Assembly: GCA_016748015.1 (NCBI GenBank)
Contig: JAAOMT010000591.1
Span: forward strand, 729,050-793,049
Length of the DNA: 64,000 nucleotides
Reading direction: 5' to 3'
From: Geosiphon pyriformis uo1
Taxonomy: Eukaryota; Fungi; Glomeromycota
The notes below the pieces were generated by a model that saw nothing but the letters and a program-made list of their open reading frames with translations, was not told where the DNA came from and did no database searches. How positions within the stretch are numbered: position 1 is the stretch's first letter; every line of letters begins with the position of its first letter. This document shows positions 37,572 to 52,201 of the stretch, piece by piece. The translations under genes and the position numbers were made by a program.

Positions 37572-40167
37572 TCATGCGGCTGTAGGTATCTTCACTGATA
37601 CTAATTCATCAGTTGCGAACTTGGTACCTTCGAAAGAACACGATCCTTCAGTACGTAATATCTTCATGCGTTTTGTATTTTCTCTTAAATATTCATCAGA
37701 CACTGGTTTTCAGGCAAGAGATACGAAACGGAATCTTTATAAACCATTCATCTATATAGCAACGATGGATTGTTTACGGTATGCTAATTGGATATATATT
37801 ATGACTCATTACCGCCATATGATCATGACTTATCGAGTATTTTTGAATGTAGTAACTCTATCCCTCATCTGGAAACAATCAATCCAGCTTATGATATTGT
37901 TCGGTTCGGTAGGCCGCTCTGGGGCTCTCAATGGTCAGGTCAAACTGCTAAAACCGACGAAGGCAGATTTGACGAAATATTATGTCTTGCAAAATCCAAG
38001 CTTACTGGGGGAGCACTTGAGTGGAGTGAAATCCAGAGAGATGCTATCAGACGAAGAGTTGCCCTTGCTTTGCTTGCTTGCATAGCTGCACTTTATGTTT
38101 CTCCAACATCAAGTGTTGCACCTGAACTTGTAAAATCGCATATGGCTACGCTGGTAGCTGTTGACGATGAACACGAGCGGGCACCTTATTACTTACCCAT
38201 CAGAGCCTTTACTGGCTGAAGCCTCAATGGAACTGTTATCAGAAAAAGGTGCGGAAATTGTGGTGCTAAAGGAATTAGAAGCAGCGTACAAATCCGGGGG
38301 CATTCTTGATGCAGGCGATCAAGGGAGTTGGCAGTGAAATTATTGCTTTTAGGAGCTTGGCGCCGCCTCGTTTGCTCCGAAAGACGCACCGACAAAGGGG
38401 TTTTATTCTCTTATCGCAGACCAGTCATGGAATTTCTTTATGAACTTCTTAATCCAGACGGACTTTCTAGAGTTAAGCTTCCCAATATCGATGACTTCAT
38501 TATAGGCTTTACCCACTTCATTTCGATTAATCATAAACCCAACAAAGAAACTATTGAAGCAATTTGGGAACGACGTGGGGCAATTCACTTCAAGCGTAAT
38601 CAACAAGGTGCCGACCTTGGGCTAATTATCAAACATCACACTACATCACAGTTTGGGGCCATTATATTTCACGTGTGTAATATAGATAGATTCTTCATTA
38701 TAGGTTTTCGTTTCTCCTGACAAGAAAACTTGTAGGTCAAGAACTGGGCAAATCCACCAAGCCGAACACAAGAACAAGCTACTGGACCCTCACTTCGGGC
38801 AAAGGTCATATTTGATGAGGATTGTGCGGCTTCTATAGAAGCCAACTATCTTGGTGTCTATTTACATGTGGGTAAGTAACTATGCACCTTAATTTCTTTT
38901 AATTATTCTGGTGGTTTACTTCAATGAAGCGTATTGTTATTCGTAAATCATTATGGAATTTTCTTTTGTAGGAAACGCATATACAGAAACTGCTGTTAAT
39001 ATCGAAGCAAAATATTATGACAACACTGCACAAAGAAAGATATTGCAACGTTCTGTAACGAGGTATAATTCCAATGGGCTCATTGTCCATGGTCTGGGTT
39101 CTTTCAATCTCTCAGACGAGTATCGGACTGTCTTTAAGAATCTCATTTGCGCATGGAATGACCCACTTACAGTATGTGCTCAGGATGAAACCGAATTGTT
39201 GTGTCAAATGCTTCCCTGTGTCTATGGGCCACCTAAAAAGAGGTAACAATTTTCTGTATGTTTGGTACCATTAACTACATTTTTAACTGATGTCATGCAT
39301 ATATTGATGTAATCAGATCAAAGACAAAGTAACCGGGTGACTGCTAAATAGCAAAGAAAATAGAGCAAAGACATAAATACAATCTATCTGAGAAAATCGA
39401 AAGTTAAATAAAAAAATATAATTATAATGGTTTGACTGAATACAAAAAACCAATACGTTTTCTGGAGATAGGTTGCAATTGTTGTTCAAAAATGATTCTG
39501 AGAAAAAGATTTGCTGAATTACATAAAGTGTTTCAAGCTTTCCAGACATTTTCTTAGCAATAAATGGTGAAAAATAATTGCCAGCTAATGTTTTTATTAT
39601 TGAGATCAAAATATGTTTTTTAACAGAAACATATTTTAATATGTTAAGAAATTGGCTGCACTTATTTGAAAAATGTCAAAAATTACTTGGCAATAAATAG
39701 TGTAATATTTTGTAATAATACAGATAGTCAAAATAAAAATAATTTTATTATTTGATTTAATATTAAATTAAATTTTATAATATCTAAACAAAATTAAAGT
39801 ATAATAGTGGTTTTAAATTAAAAAGCTTTATTAAAAACAATAATAAATTGTGTAAATTATATTGTTAAAATTATAAAAAATTAAATATAGCTGACTTAAA
39901 TAAAACTCAATATTATAAAAATAAAAAAATATTTAATATTTAAATTTTTATTCTGTGTTAAAAATTTTTAAAATAATTAATTTTAAAGTTGTTAAATTTT
40001 AGATAATTGTTAATAATATTTGTAATAAATTTAATTTATTAAAAATTAAAAAGATAATCTATTAAAATTACCAAAAAAATTAAATTTTTATTTATTTTAA
40101 TATTAATTTTTTTTTTAAATTATAAAATACAAAAATATTTTTATTATAATATTTATTTATTTAAAAA
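37572..40167 (+). repeat. Apparently identical second copy of 34956-37551
   Basis: Identical ORF translations at a constant offset of 2616; the copies abut the gap. Confidence 0.95.
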
Positions 40168-40319
40168 CAATATAATTTTTATAATGTATTAAAATACAAT
40201 ATTATATTTAAAAACATAATTATTTTTTATAATAAATAAAAAATACAAAAACCAAGAATAATTAAAACTTGATTAAAACACCAAACTAAATATAATTAAA
40301 AATATTTAAATTATCTTAA

Positions 40320-43300
40320 CAATTAACAAAAAAAGTAGATTTTTTTTTACTAATTTCTACTCTGTCCATTTTTGCTACAAAGTTTATATTTATCTTATAT
40401 TTACATAAATGTTCATGTTTTTTTATTTTATATAATAAAAAATTATAAAAAATTTTTCAAAAAAGCAGTAAGAATATCTTGTTCTAATCAAGTTTATTTT
40501 GTACTTTGTAATTATTTAAAAGACCAAAATAAGTCATTATTCTGTTAATTTTGCTTATATATATATTTCCAAAAAACTCAATAAACTTATTATAATTTTG
40601 ATATATTATAAACTAGCTTTTAAATAATATTATCTAACTAAATTAGTATGCTTTGTGCATATTTTGTAAGATTAATTAAAGCTTTTAGTCTTTTTTTAAA
40701 GCATTATTTACAATTAAACTAACAGCAAACATAAGAAATTAAATTAAAATATCTTTTAAAACTAAAAAATTGTTACTTTAAAAAATATCAAACTTACTAT
40801 AAGCAATTAAAATATAATTTGACAAAATTTTAGATAAAATTTTCCTAACTATTTTAATTAGTACAATAAATTATGTATTTGTTAAAATACTATCTTAGTT
40901 ATAAGACTTGGAGATTATTAAAATCCATGTTTTTTTTTAAAGAACTGAAACATTACTAAAAACCAGACAAAAGTTTAATAGATTTAAAAAACATTCTATT
41001 ATTATGTTATTACAATACTTTTAAAGTTTGTTTGACATGTTAAATAAGTTAATAATTTTTTTAATAAACAGATTATTAATTACTAAAATTAATTTATCTT
41101 TATTGATTTTTTTTATTATACTAGAAAAAACATTTTTTTTTATATAATTCAATAGTGTATATTAATAAGATTACAAATTAGACAATATTGAAAACAAGTT
41201 TTGCTTTCTTATTCAATCTACTATAATTTTATCAATCCTAAGTCTTACTTTATTTGGCACTAAAACCAACTTTTTTTCAATTACCAAATAGTTTAAAATT
41301 ATTTTATAAAAAAACTATTTTAAAATATTTTTTATTATACTTTCTTTATTAAAATTAAAATTTTTTATGTATTGGTTAATTATCTTCTTAATTAACACAT
41401 TTTTGGTTGTTTTTAATTTATAGTACTTGGATTTCTATATTTTTTCTTGACTATTGACAAATATTTATTAATATTTATTAATTTTATATTATTTTAAATT
41501 ATATTATTAATTTTAGAAGTTTTTTTATTATTAATGGCTAATTATTTTTTAATAATACTATTAAATTTAAACTTATTATTTAAACTTATTTTCTTTACAA
41601 TTTTGGTAATTAACAATTCTAACTTAAAAAACTTTGATAATTATTTATTTCTTAAATACTTAAATTTATTGTATCAATATTTAAAAATAATTTTATTTAT
41701 TGAATCTACTATTATTTTTTTTTAATACTTTTTATATTTTATTTATATTATTAAAATTTTTTATATTTATAAATTTACTTATTATTATTGAGAGCTTAGC
41801 AAAAAAATATATCTAAAAGTATATTTATTTGGCATTATTTATTCTTTAACTCTAAACTTTTAATGATTTTTATTTGCTTATTTCTAAATATTATTTAGAC
41901 AAACATTTATAAAACCATTCAACTTAATTGAAATTATAACTGCTTTGTAATTAATATTAAAAAAATCAAATACAGAATTAATTTTATAATTTACAATTAC
42001 AAATAATAAATTTTTACTTATAAAAATATAATTAATAACTTTTTTGTTTTTCCTTAAGTTGCTTTAAGTAGAAGTTTTAATTAAAAAATATTTGTTAAAT
42101 GAATTGACCAAACTCAAATTCAAACAAAACTTGAAACTTGTATTTTTTTTAGATCTATTTTTATTGAAATTTTTACTTAAAATTATAAAAGAACTAAAGT
42201 TAACTATTTTGACAATAAAAAAACTGATTTTTAATACTTAACCAAACTTAGTCTTAATAAAAACACCAGCATACAAATCTAAAATCATAACCAAAAGTTT
42301 ATTTTTAAACAAAATTAAAATAAGTTAGTTTGGGATTTTTTTTATTTTTAAAACATATTAAACCAAAAAATTGTTTATAATAATAGCCATACTAACACCA
42401 AAAAATTTTTTATCTAAACCAGAAGTGAAAATTCGAATTCTATTAAATTTGTTAATAATTTACAGTCTAATATTAGATCTTAAATTTATCTTTATAATAA
42501 TTAAAATTATGTTATTAGATTTCATATATTAACAAATAATGTTTTTTTGCTTAGTTAAATTGTTTATGCTCCTAATATTGCATATAGCTACTTTTTAAAT
42601 AAGATTAATTATTAAGATAGTAAAAGTATTTAAAAATCTAAGCTAGTACACAACTAATCTAATTTTGTTAGAACAAAAATAACAAATATTTCAAAAGCAA
42701 TTATTTTCAATTTCAGACTGTTCATTTTAGTGATTAGAATCTTAGAACTGTTTATGTTTAAACTTAAATTTTTATTTATTGTTATTAAAAAAAAAATAAC
42801 ATTTGTAAATTGTTTAAAACTATATTTAAATTTAAATTTAAACTTAAAACTACCAAACTGATTAAAATAAAAGATAGAAAAATGAAACCAAAAGTACTAA
42901 TTCCAAATTGTTTAGCTTATATATAATACTAGTTATTTAATCAGTTAACAATTCCAGAAACTATTTTAAAGAAGCCAATTAAGTATTAACAAAGAATGTT
43001 TTTTGAGAAACAAAAAAAATTTTATTAAACCACAAAACATTAAAGCAAAAAAAACCAAGAAGATAAACAGAGCAAAAATTAGCAAAAATAACAATTAAAA
43101 AAACTATTTGTGCTTAAATTTTGCCACCAAAAACAGCAAATCAGAAGATAAGAATATTTTTTCTAACATAAAAATAAGTTAGCTAAAGACAATTTTCATC
43201 TAAAGCTAATTTTTTATAAACTTTTTTTAAAGTAAGAACAGAAAAGTTTTTAAAATTACATTTAAGAAAAAAGTGTTTAAAATATTTACATTTTTTACAC

Positions 43301-44400
43301 CAAATTAAACCCAATCTAGTTCATAAAAATTTTATTTTATTAAAATTGGCTTTGTATAAAAAGCAAATTTTATATTTTTTTAATTTAAAACCAACTATAA
43401 TACAATAAATTTTATTGTCAGCTTCAAATAACTAATTAATTATACATGTTTTTTTATTAATTTTTTCTAATAAAACATTTAGATTATGAATAATTGTTTT
43501 TACAGACAAAAAAAACAGAAGTGTTCTAAACCAATTTTTTAATATTTAAACATTATAACTTCTTATAATTTTGGCTATATATATTGAATTTTTCTTAATT
43601 AAAAATGACTATCTTGATGCCAATTGTTTAATTTAATTTAATTTAGTAAATTCTACTATAGTTTTTTATTACAGTTTAATTTAAACAAAATTTTTGTTTT
43701 TTAAGATTACTGTTTACTTTGATATCTTTTTTTTAGCTAATAATGTAGTTTTTTTTATGTTTTTTTCTGATTTAAACATAAATTTAATAATTTTTTCAAA
43801 TTTTAAGAAGATAGTGGCTTTTTTAAAACTGTTTATTTTTGAAATAAATTTAATAACTTGTATTTTTGCTGTTATTAATTTTTTTTTAACTGCTAATAGA
43901 TTAATATTCAAAGCAAAAAATTTTTTATAATCTTGAGATTAATTTATTTTCTATTTAAAAAAATATTAAAATAAAATAAAAAAGATTTAACATTTTTTTT
44001 TATTTCGAAATTAAGAAAACTAAAAAAAAAATCATAATTTGTATCAATATTTACTCTTTTGGCTTTAGAAATAGTAATAGTCAAATCCAGAAGAAAACTA
44101 TTATTAACATTAACAAAAATATTATTGTCTTCACTATTATTAAACTTATTGTTTATATTTAAATACACACTATTATCAAAATTAAACTTAACCAAAAAAA
44201 TATCTTTTTAGTTACCAAAATATTTAATATTATTAAAAATAATTCTTTTTTTTTAGAAAAAAAAGTCATTAATAAGATCATAAAAAACTTTTTTGAACAT
44301 TTTTTCTTAAATATGCTATAATTTGAAACAGTTTCTAAGTTCAAACAAAAAAATTTTTTGCTTAAAAAATATTAAAAAAAAATAAAAATATCTTGTAATA
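40320..44400 (-). mobile_element. Heavily AT-eroded LINE (ORF1, AP endonuclease, partial RT)
   Basis: NINLLAVKKK...INSFKKATIFLKF aligns with DVNLLAVSGR...VDGF.GASTPSKF at 63730-63860; KVAICNIRSINN endonuclease start at ~42590. Confidence 0.7.
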
Positions 44401-45379
44401 TAAAACCAAATAATTTAAATTTTGTTATTAAAATACTACTAATATTTAAAAGTTTTTTATTAAATACAACTTTTTTAATGTATTAGTTTTGTTAATTATA
44501 ATATTTAAATTAGTTTAAAAACTAAATATAATAATTATATATTTTAATTATTAAAAAAAATCAAAAAATCAAACATGTAATTACAAATCTAAAAAACCAA
44601 TTTGTTAATTTTAAAATTAATACAATTAGAAAAAAAATTAATTAATTTGGTTTTAAACATATTATAAAAAACAATAATTTTTTTTAATTAATAAAAAAAA
44701 TTTTAATATTGTTTTTCTTTATTAAAATTTACTAGTAAACAAAAACAATTATAATTATATTAAAATATTTAAAATAAATAATAATATATTATAAAATATT
44801 AATAAGTTTTAATATAATCTAAAAAACTACCAAAAACACTAAAAACATTTTTAAGTATATTTTACAAAACAATAATAACAACAAAAAATATAGACTTAAA
44901 AATTATTAAAAACTTAATAATTTTAAAAATAGAAAATTAACAAGTTTAATTTAAATAATAATTAAAAAATAAATTTTACATAAAATAACTTAATATTATT
45001 TTTAAAAACAGATTTTATATTAATAAAATCATATATAAATTAAAAAACAGTCTTAATATAGACTAATTTAATCTTAAAAAAATATTAAATATTAGAATAA
45101 AAATTATTTTTATTGATAATTATATAATATATTAATTAATAATATAATCTAAAAAGTTTGATATTTAAAAATTTTAATTAGTTATATTTTTTATATAATA
45201 AACAAAATTTCAATAATAATAACTATTAATTTTTAATTTTTTTAATATAATAACTAATTTATTTTGGTGTTTTTTAATTTTTTAATAAACAATTTAATAA
45301 TTAATTCTATGTTTATATTTTTATTTTTTATTAAATAATTTTTAATATTATAATTTTAATGTTTTTTTAATTAATTAAT

Positions 45380-45485
45380 AAAACAACAAAACAAACAAAA
45401 CAACAATAACAATAATAATAACAACAACAATAAAAATAATAATAATACCAATAATATTAATAATAATAATAATAATAATATATAA
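45380..45485. repeat. (AAC/AAT)n microsatellite
   Basis: Visible trinucleotide run. Confidence 0.8.
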
Positions 45486-46881
45486 TTAGTATTTTGTTAA
45501 TAACTATAATTAAGAGTTATTTTTTTGGTATTATTAAATTTTGTAAATAAATATTGTTAATATTAATTAGTAATAAGTAATTTTAACAAGATAATAATGA
45601 TTTATGTATTTAAAAAATAAATAAATTTATTAAAAAAAAATTATTTTAAGTGCTAAATTTCTAATTTTTGAAATTATTTGATAAAAATTTAATAAAAAAA
45701 TTGTTATTTTTTTTGTTTTTAATATTATTATTATATATACATAAATTTTTAATAAATTTTTAATAAATTTTATATTTTTTTAAATTATTATTAAAATTTT
45801 TATTATTATATTATTTAATACTTTCTAATATATAATTGGCTAATTTATGTTATATTTAGTTATTAATTGGTTTTTTTATATTACTTTATAAATAATACTA
45901 TTTATTTAAAGAATTTTTAATAATTAATAAATATTATTTAAGTATTGTTTAAAACAATATTATTAGAAAACAAAAATCCAAACCAAAGTTTATTTTTATT
46001 TATAATTATAATAAAATTGAACATTATAATTGGTACAAATAATACAAAACTAATAAAAAAACAAAAAAACTAGCTTTAAGACATTAAAATTAACACCAAA
46101 AACATTAAAAAAAGAATCTTTTAACATTTTAAAAGAGTTGTTATCAATTATAGTAAAGAGTTAAAAATGTTGTTTTTTGACTGTTTTTGTTTTTTTGGTT
46201 ATCTAAATAACAATAAAAAAAGAAATAGAAAAAAAAAATAACTTAATTACCAGCTTTTTATTAAGAAAATAAAGATCACATTAAAATTATTTCAGATAAA
46301 AGATAAAAAAGATGTTCTGAAACCAGCAAAAGGCTGGTTAACTATTACTTTATTTAAAAAAAGTGCTTCCACAGAACATTGTTAAGCAGCTTCAACAGTC
46401 ACAAGTGTTTTATTAGTATACAACAGTATTTAAACAACACAACTAAAATTAACATTTTTAATAAAACCAATTATTTTTACAATATTATATTTTCAATACT
46501 AAAAAATTTATATAAATGAACATAAAAACTCCAAAATTAATAATTAAAATATAATTTATTTTGTTTGGTTTTATTGCAACACATTTCAATAATAAAATAA
46601 TTATATTTAAAAAAACATAAAGTTTTTATATTTAATAAATTATTTAAATAAAATCAAATTATATGGATTAAATATACGAATTACTTTGTTTAGTCAATAA
46701 CTTATATCTTTGTATTATTAACAAAGAAATTTCTTACGATCAGCCAACAAATACGTGTCCTAGGTTACGTGTCAGTGGAACTGTCCTCTTCGAATTTCTA
46801 CCAGTCCGGAAAGTTTCAAAATTTTAATATTTTTTTTTGACACTGTAACTTGTCCTTTTCACTCAAGACATACGGAAAACA

Positions 46882-49590
46882 ATGGTGAGGGGTGTATTGA
46901 GCATCTTTTCCACAAAATTTGAGCTTATTTAACTAAAAAATTTACCCGCGCATTTCAGCTGGTCCGTATTCGTTCAAAAGAAGGCCAAAATCGCATAGAA
47001 GTGGACCCCAAAGATGATATTCTGGTGTTAAGGGATAAGGTAAACAAGATAGTTACGAAACACAGATTGCCATTCTAAAATTTATAGATCTATTCAAATT
47101 ATCGTTCATTTATAATTTCACGTCCCTTTCAGATCGCAACCCTAATCAAAATTCCCGACCCAACCACAATCAAAATGTCTAATGAACCAACTGGTGGACT
47201 ATTACTAACATCTCTCGCCGGACAAAGCATCGAGCAGCTTGGAATAAGGTGCGCCTGGTTCATTTTTCTAGTAAGACGCCATTTCTTTCATTTGACCTTC
47301 TGTTTCGACATAATTTGTAACGTCTATCACGTTTTTTTACAGACACGGTGATCTCTTGTTTGTAACTTATTCCGACACTCCAACAGTTAGGACTCCTTCG
47401 ATCGTTGCCGCTGGCAAACAGCCAGAAAAGCTTCCATCAATAGAGTTTAAAAGTAAAGAACTACCAATGGCGTCAAATGTGAAACAGGATACTGTTGATG
47501 ATATTTTGGAAAAACAGGACGGCTTGATAAAACGTGGAAGAGATCCGAAATTGTACGCGTGAAGTAGTGAGCGTGGGTGTCGATTGCTGATTTGAATAAA
47601 TTTATATGGGTTGGGGATTCACTCGTGTGCTTTGATCATAATAAGTGCTTTTCTATTTTTTAAATATGAACTTTAGTTGTAAACACACAGTGAATGGAAT
47701 GTGTGATTATTGCATGCCATTAGAGGTAAATGATGACATTCATCGACGTTCCATTTATTGTCGAGTCTTTATTGATGATGATTCTGCTCTTAGCCTTACG
47801 ATATAAATTACTTGGCTGAAAACCGGATCAAGCACATGTCTTTTCACGCATACTTGCGGAAGATCCACAAAGAATATAATAAAACGGCTGGTGCTAATAC
47901 AAAATTCATACCACCTTTGGAGGAACCTGACTATCGTGTCAAGGAGAATTGTTTGAACGGACATGCCCCCTGGCCTGAGGGTATATGTACAAAATGCCAA
48001 CCGAGTGCTGTAACCCTACAACAACAAGTACGCAATTTCAATGTCACCCCTATAATAGGAACCTTTTTGACAATATAATCCACGTTAATTTTAGCAATTC
48101 CGGACGGTTGATCACGTGGAATTTTCTACCTCAGACCTCATCAATAATTTCATTAATTTCTGGCGATCATCTGGAAACCAACGGTTTGGATATTTATATG
48201 GACGATATGAATCTTACCCCGATGTACCATTAGGAATCAAGGCTGTAGTTGAGGCAATATACGAGCCACCCCAGGAGAACCAAATTGATGGTTTAAGTCT
48301 CATTCTTCCATGGAATGAGGAGGAGTCAGTTGACGAGACTGCTGCCATATGTGGATTGGTTAAAGTGAGTCGAATTTTTAAATGAACCTATAAGCATATT
48401 TAATTGATGATAAGAGATTTCAAAAATTTCCAGGTTGGCATCATATACACTGATTTACTTGATGACGGAACTGCCCAATCCAAAGTAGTCTGCAAACGGC
48501 ACATTGATTCATACTTTTTGTCCTCCCAAGAATGTTGCTTTTCGGCAGCAATGCAGAATAAAAATCCCAACCTTACTAAATGGAGTGCGACAGGAAAGTT
48601 TGCTAGCAAATTTGTCACATGTGTTGTAACAGGAAACGAAAACGGAGATATTGATGTGAATGCCTATCAAGTTTCTAACAACTGCGCAGCCATGGTAACC
48701 GCTGACATTATAGAACCCAGTGTTGAACCCAATGTGATGCGTGTCAAAGAAAGTACCTCAGAACGATACGTTCCCGAAGTCTTTTATAAATACAAAAATA
48801 AATATGGCGTGAATGTGCAAGAGAGTGCAAAGCCTTGTTTTCCTGTGGAATATTTATTACTTAACGTAAGGATGCGCCAATTTTTCGAATTAAAATCATT
48901 TTCCATTGTCAGATCTAAGATCTCTATCATATGCAATAGATGCTAATCTCATGCTTTTCATATCAAGGTTACCCATGGCTTTCCATCTAACCCAACGCCC
49001 TTATTCATATCCTCCAAGACATTCCCGATTGAAAATCGTCCTGAGCTAGAAGTGCAAGATTTCAAAGCACTGGGGGCCATTCTCGGGAATGAAAAAAATT
49101 CTGATTCTTTGATTAAATATCTTTCTGACTTTCATTTGCTCACATTTATAAAGAGCACTGGGATTTTAGATAAGGTTTATGTCCTAATTAATTTTTATTT
49201 TGAGTGATTCGATCAAAATTATTACTAACATTTTTTTCTATAGCATGATTTCCAGATTTTAGGAAGACTAGCCGTCACCCATGCCCCAGATGATGTATTG
49301 CCACTTGTGCAAAGTTCTGGTTGGCAGACTTTAATGACAATTATGCAAGGTAATTGTAAGTTTTTCTTAACTTCTATAATAGATCATAATAATAAGCTAT
49401 TCCATTAATGAACTCACGTTTATTCTATGCAGATGCTTCAGTATTACCTAATCAAGTTGGTGGTAAAATACCTGTTAATGAAAGTGGTAGCGCCTCAGCT
49501 AGTGGGGGACAATGGAGTTGTAGGCATTGCACGTTTGTCAATCCACGTGCCACGATTAATTGTGAAATGTGTGGATTACCAAAAGATTGA
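46882..49590 (+). CDS. NPL4: Nuclear protein localization 4 (Cdc48/p97 cofactor), multi-exon, with C-terminal RanBP2-type zinc finger
   Basis: [73 protein letters not shown]...CEMC; GT-AG introns. Confidence 0.96.
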
Positions 49591-50450
49591 GAGATTTCTA
49601 TTCCTTGCAAGATGTTTGTTTTTTTTCAGGTACAACAAAAAATCTTTTTTCCCATTTCTTTCAGTACAATAAGTTTTACAACTTCGATTGTCGCCCCAAT
49701 CTTGTTTTTTTTAGATTATGAATTATATTATTTATATATCAGGCACTAAACCACAAGACTTCTGAATCCTAAATAGCTGTAATAATGCAATAAAAAAGGC
49801 CAAGATCAAATTAGATATGGAGTTTTTAAAGATAATCGTTTAAGTACTGGTCGGGCACTTTCCAGCCGGTTGGTAGAATATCTTTTATTTAGTGAGATGT
49901 GTGTCGCTTCTATAAATTCCAATTCCGATTTAATGGCATCAGATTTTGGAGACTATTGTTAATTTAATATGAATTGATAAGGCCAAAATATTTTAACTAT
50001 TGATATGCCATCTTCATATATCCATGATCCATATTCCCTGAAGTCGCATTGTCAAAAAATTCTTTTGGTGCATCAAAGACAAGTTTCTCTGCAGTCGAAA
50101 TCTTCAGAGGTTTTGGCTGATTCACTGGTAGCAAAATTTTGCAGCTCTAAATTCCAATCAAATAGGAAAAAGTATTTAGGTAAAGAAACCAATTTTTATG
50201 CCAATATTTTTAATACAAAATGTCGATATTAAAATTACAAAATCCTTCAATACTTGAAAAATAATAATAAACAACAAATTTTAAAATAAATAAATAAATA
50301 AATAAAATATATTACAATTAATTATAATTAAATGATAAATAATTTAAATTAATTAAAACCATTGGAATTTTTTTAATAGAATTTTAAATACTTATTAATT
50401 TTAAAAACAATTTTCAAACTTGTATAATTACAGTTTAATTGATTTTTAGC

Positions 50451-51594
50451 CAATATTACTATTTAAACGCGCCATATATTGAGATCCAAAAACCAATGCA
50501 AATCCAAAAAAGTTGCTTAGACCACGGATGCCAATTATCCAGTACGTCCACGAAGAAAAAATAATGGCGACCACACTGAATCTAAAAGTTTCGATTGTCC
50601 TTTACATGGGAGAGCACTATTGAGAGTAACAAGCATGTCCCGCAAACTGTTTTTTATTTTGATTGTATCAGATATAACCTTCAGGCTTTCCCCATAACAG
50701 TTTTTATTCATTGATGGGAAGAATGACCTGTCCCTTTACCTAATTCAACATTTTTTCCTTTGCAGTAGGTCGTTCTTAACTGTTGATTTGCTGAGCTCCT
50801 CAAGGACTACCCGATCATTTTATACTTATGGATCAAATTCTGTAAATCTTCGTCTGGAAGCTATATAAAAAGCAAATTGACATTAGATAATGTCAAATGC
50901 TACCGACTTATGGACAACAGCACACAGGATATCCAATACGGTTGATACTGGTTCTGAAAATTATACTTACTGAAGCTACTCTGGATATCCTCCTTGATTT
51001 TTTTGACAGGGGGAGTAAGTGATAGTGAAGGATCTTTGGTTATGTCAATGATCCGCCACCAAATAGGTCTACTCAAATTAAGTTAGAAAGCGCACAATTT
51101 GTTGTTAATGACGAAGAACTTATTTTTAACTCCACTAGCGACTCTCAGCTAAGAGTGACTACGCTGAAGAACTATTCCCGGGTTACGAAGGTAAATACCA
51201 TGGATGGCAGTTTGAAGAAGCACATTTAAAGGGAAACACACCCCAGGTTAAGTCGAGGATACTGCATTTTTTTGAGAACGGCTCGACTTAAAGACTTGAA
51301 TGACAAGGAAACTTAGAGATTCCCAGCACGCCACTTAAACTAAATATCTAAAAAAAAAAACTTTATTTACCTTCTTATATTTATAATAGAGAAGCTGATG
51401 CCTTTTCTTTTTGTTTCCCTTGCTTTTTTTTGAGAATGTTCTCTAGGCGTGGCGAATTAAGGATAGCATCGCGTTTGAGAAGTAAGAATTCACAATATGA
51501 GGTTGCTCTCTCCTCCAACTTTTTTGGATTTGCATTGGTTTTTTGAAGTTCTTAATATATGCTATACTAATGGCGCGTTTGAATAATAATATTG
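50451..51594. mobile_element. Non-autonomous TIR element (~65-78 bp imperfect TIRs) with internal gene-like fragments
   Basis: CAATATTA.TATT.AAACGCGCCAT...AAAAACCAATGCAAATCCAAAAAAGTTG is inverted at both ends; TSD not resolved. Confidence 0.75.
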
Positions 51595-52201
51595 CCATTT
51601 CAGTTGAGACTTACTCTAAAAGATATATTATGATAATAAATAAATAAAGCACTAATATTTTATAACTAATTAATTTTAATAAATTGAATTTTTTTATTTG
51701 TGAAAATATTTGTTAAAAAACTATTTTAGCTTGAAAAATTACATTTATATATTTGTAATTATACAACCATTAATATAATCATTTATTAATAATCAATTTA
51801 AAATGTTAAAATATTTTTTATTATATAAAAAATATAACTATTATAAAAAATACAATGTTTGTAAACACATATATAACATAAAAAAACTTTTTTAATTTTA
51901 AAAATATGCTTTTTTATTATAATCTATATTTTTAAAAAAAAAATTATTTAATTAAATAAAAATATTTTATTTACAAAAATTTGATTGGTTTTTTGTTTAA
52001 ATATAACATATAATTATTTGGTTTGCTAAAACTGTGTATTTTTTTGTAAATTAGTTAAAAGATAAAAATAATATTATTATTAATTAAAAAATTTTTAAGT
52101 AAAAAAAGTATTTAAGTTTTAAAGATTTAATTTTTAATTTGTTTGTTAAATGTGGTTTTTATTTAAAAAAATGTAATATTGTTTTAAAAATCTTAGTTTT
52201 T

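Noticed and set aside
34956-40167. Tandem duplication of the effector gene's 3' half
   Set aside because: The copies look identical (including the frameshift and AT-rich tail) and abut a 20-N gap, so this is most likely an unmerged contig overlap. Read depth would decide.
41534-41725. Hydrophobic F/L/I-rich ORFs in AT blocks as membrane or mitochondrial genes
   Set aside because: Compositional artefact of eroded LINE sequence; no organellar gene motifs.
49500-49590. RanBP2-type zinc finger on NPL4 as a novel fusion
   Set aside because: The NZF is a known part of NPL4 in animals and many fungi.
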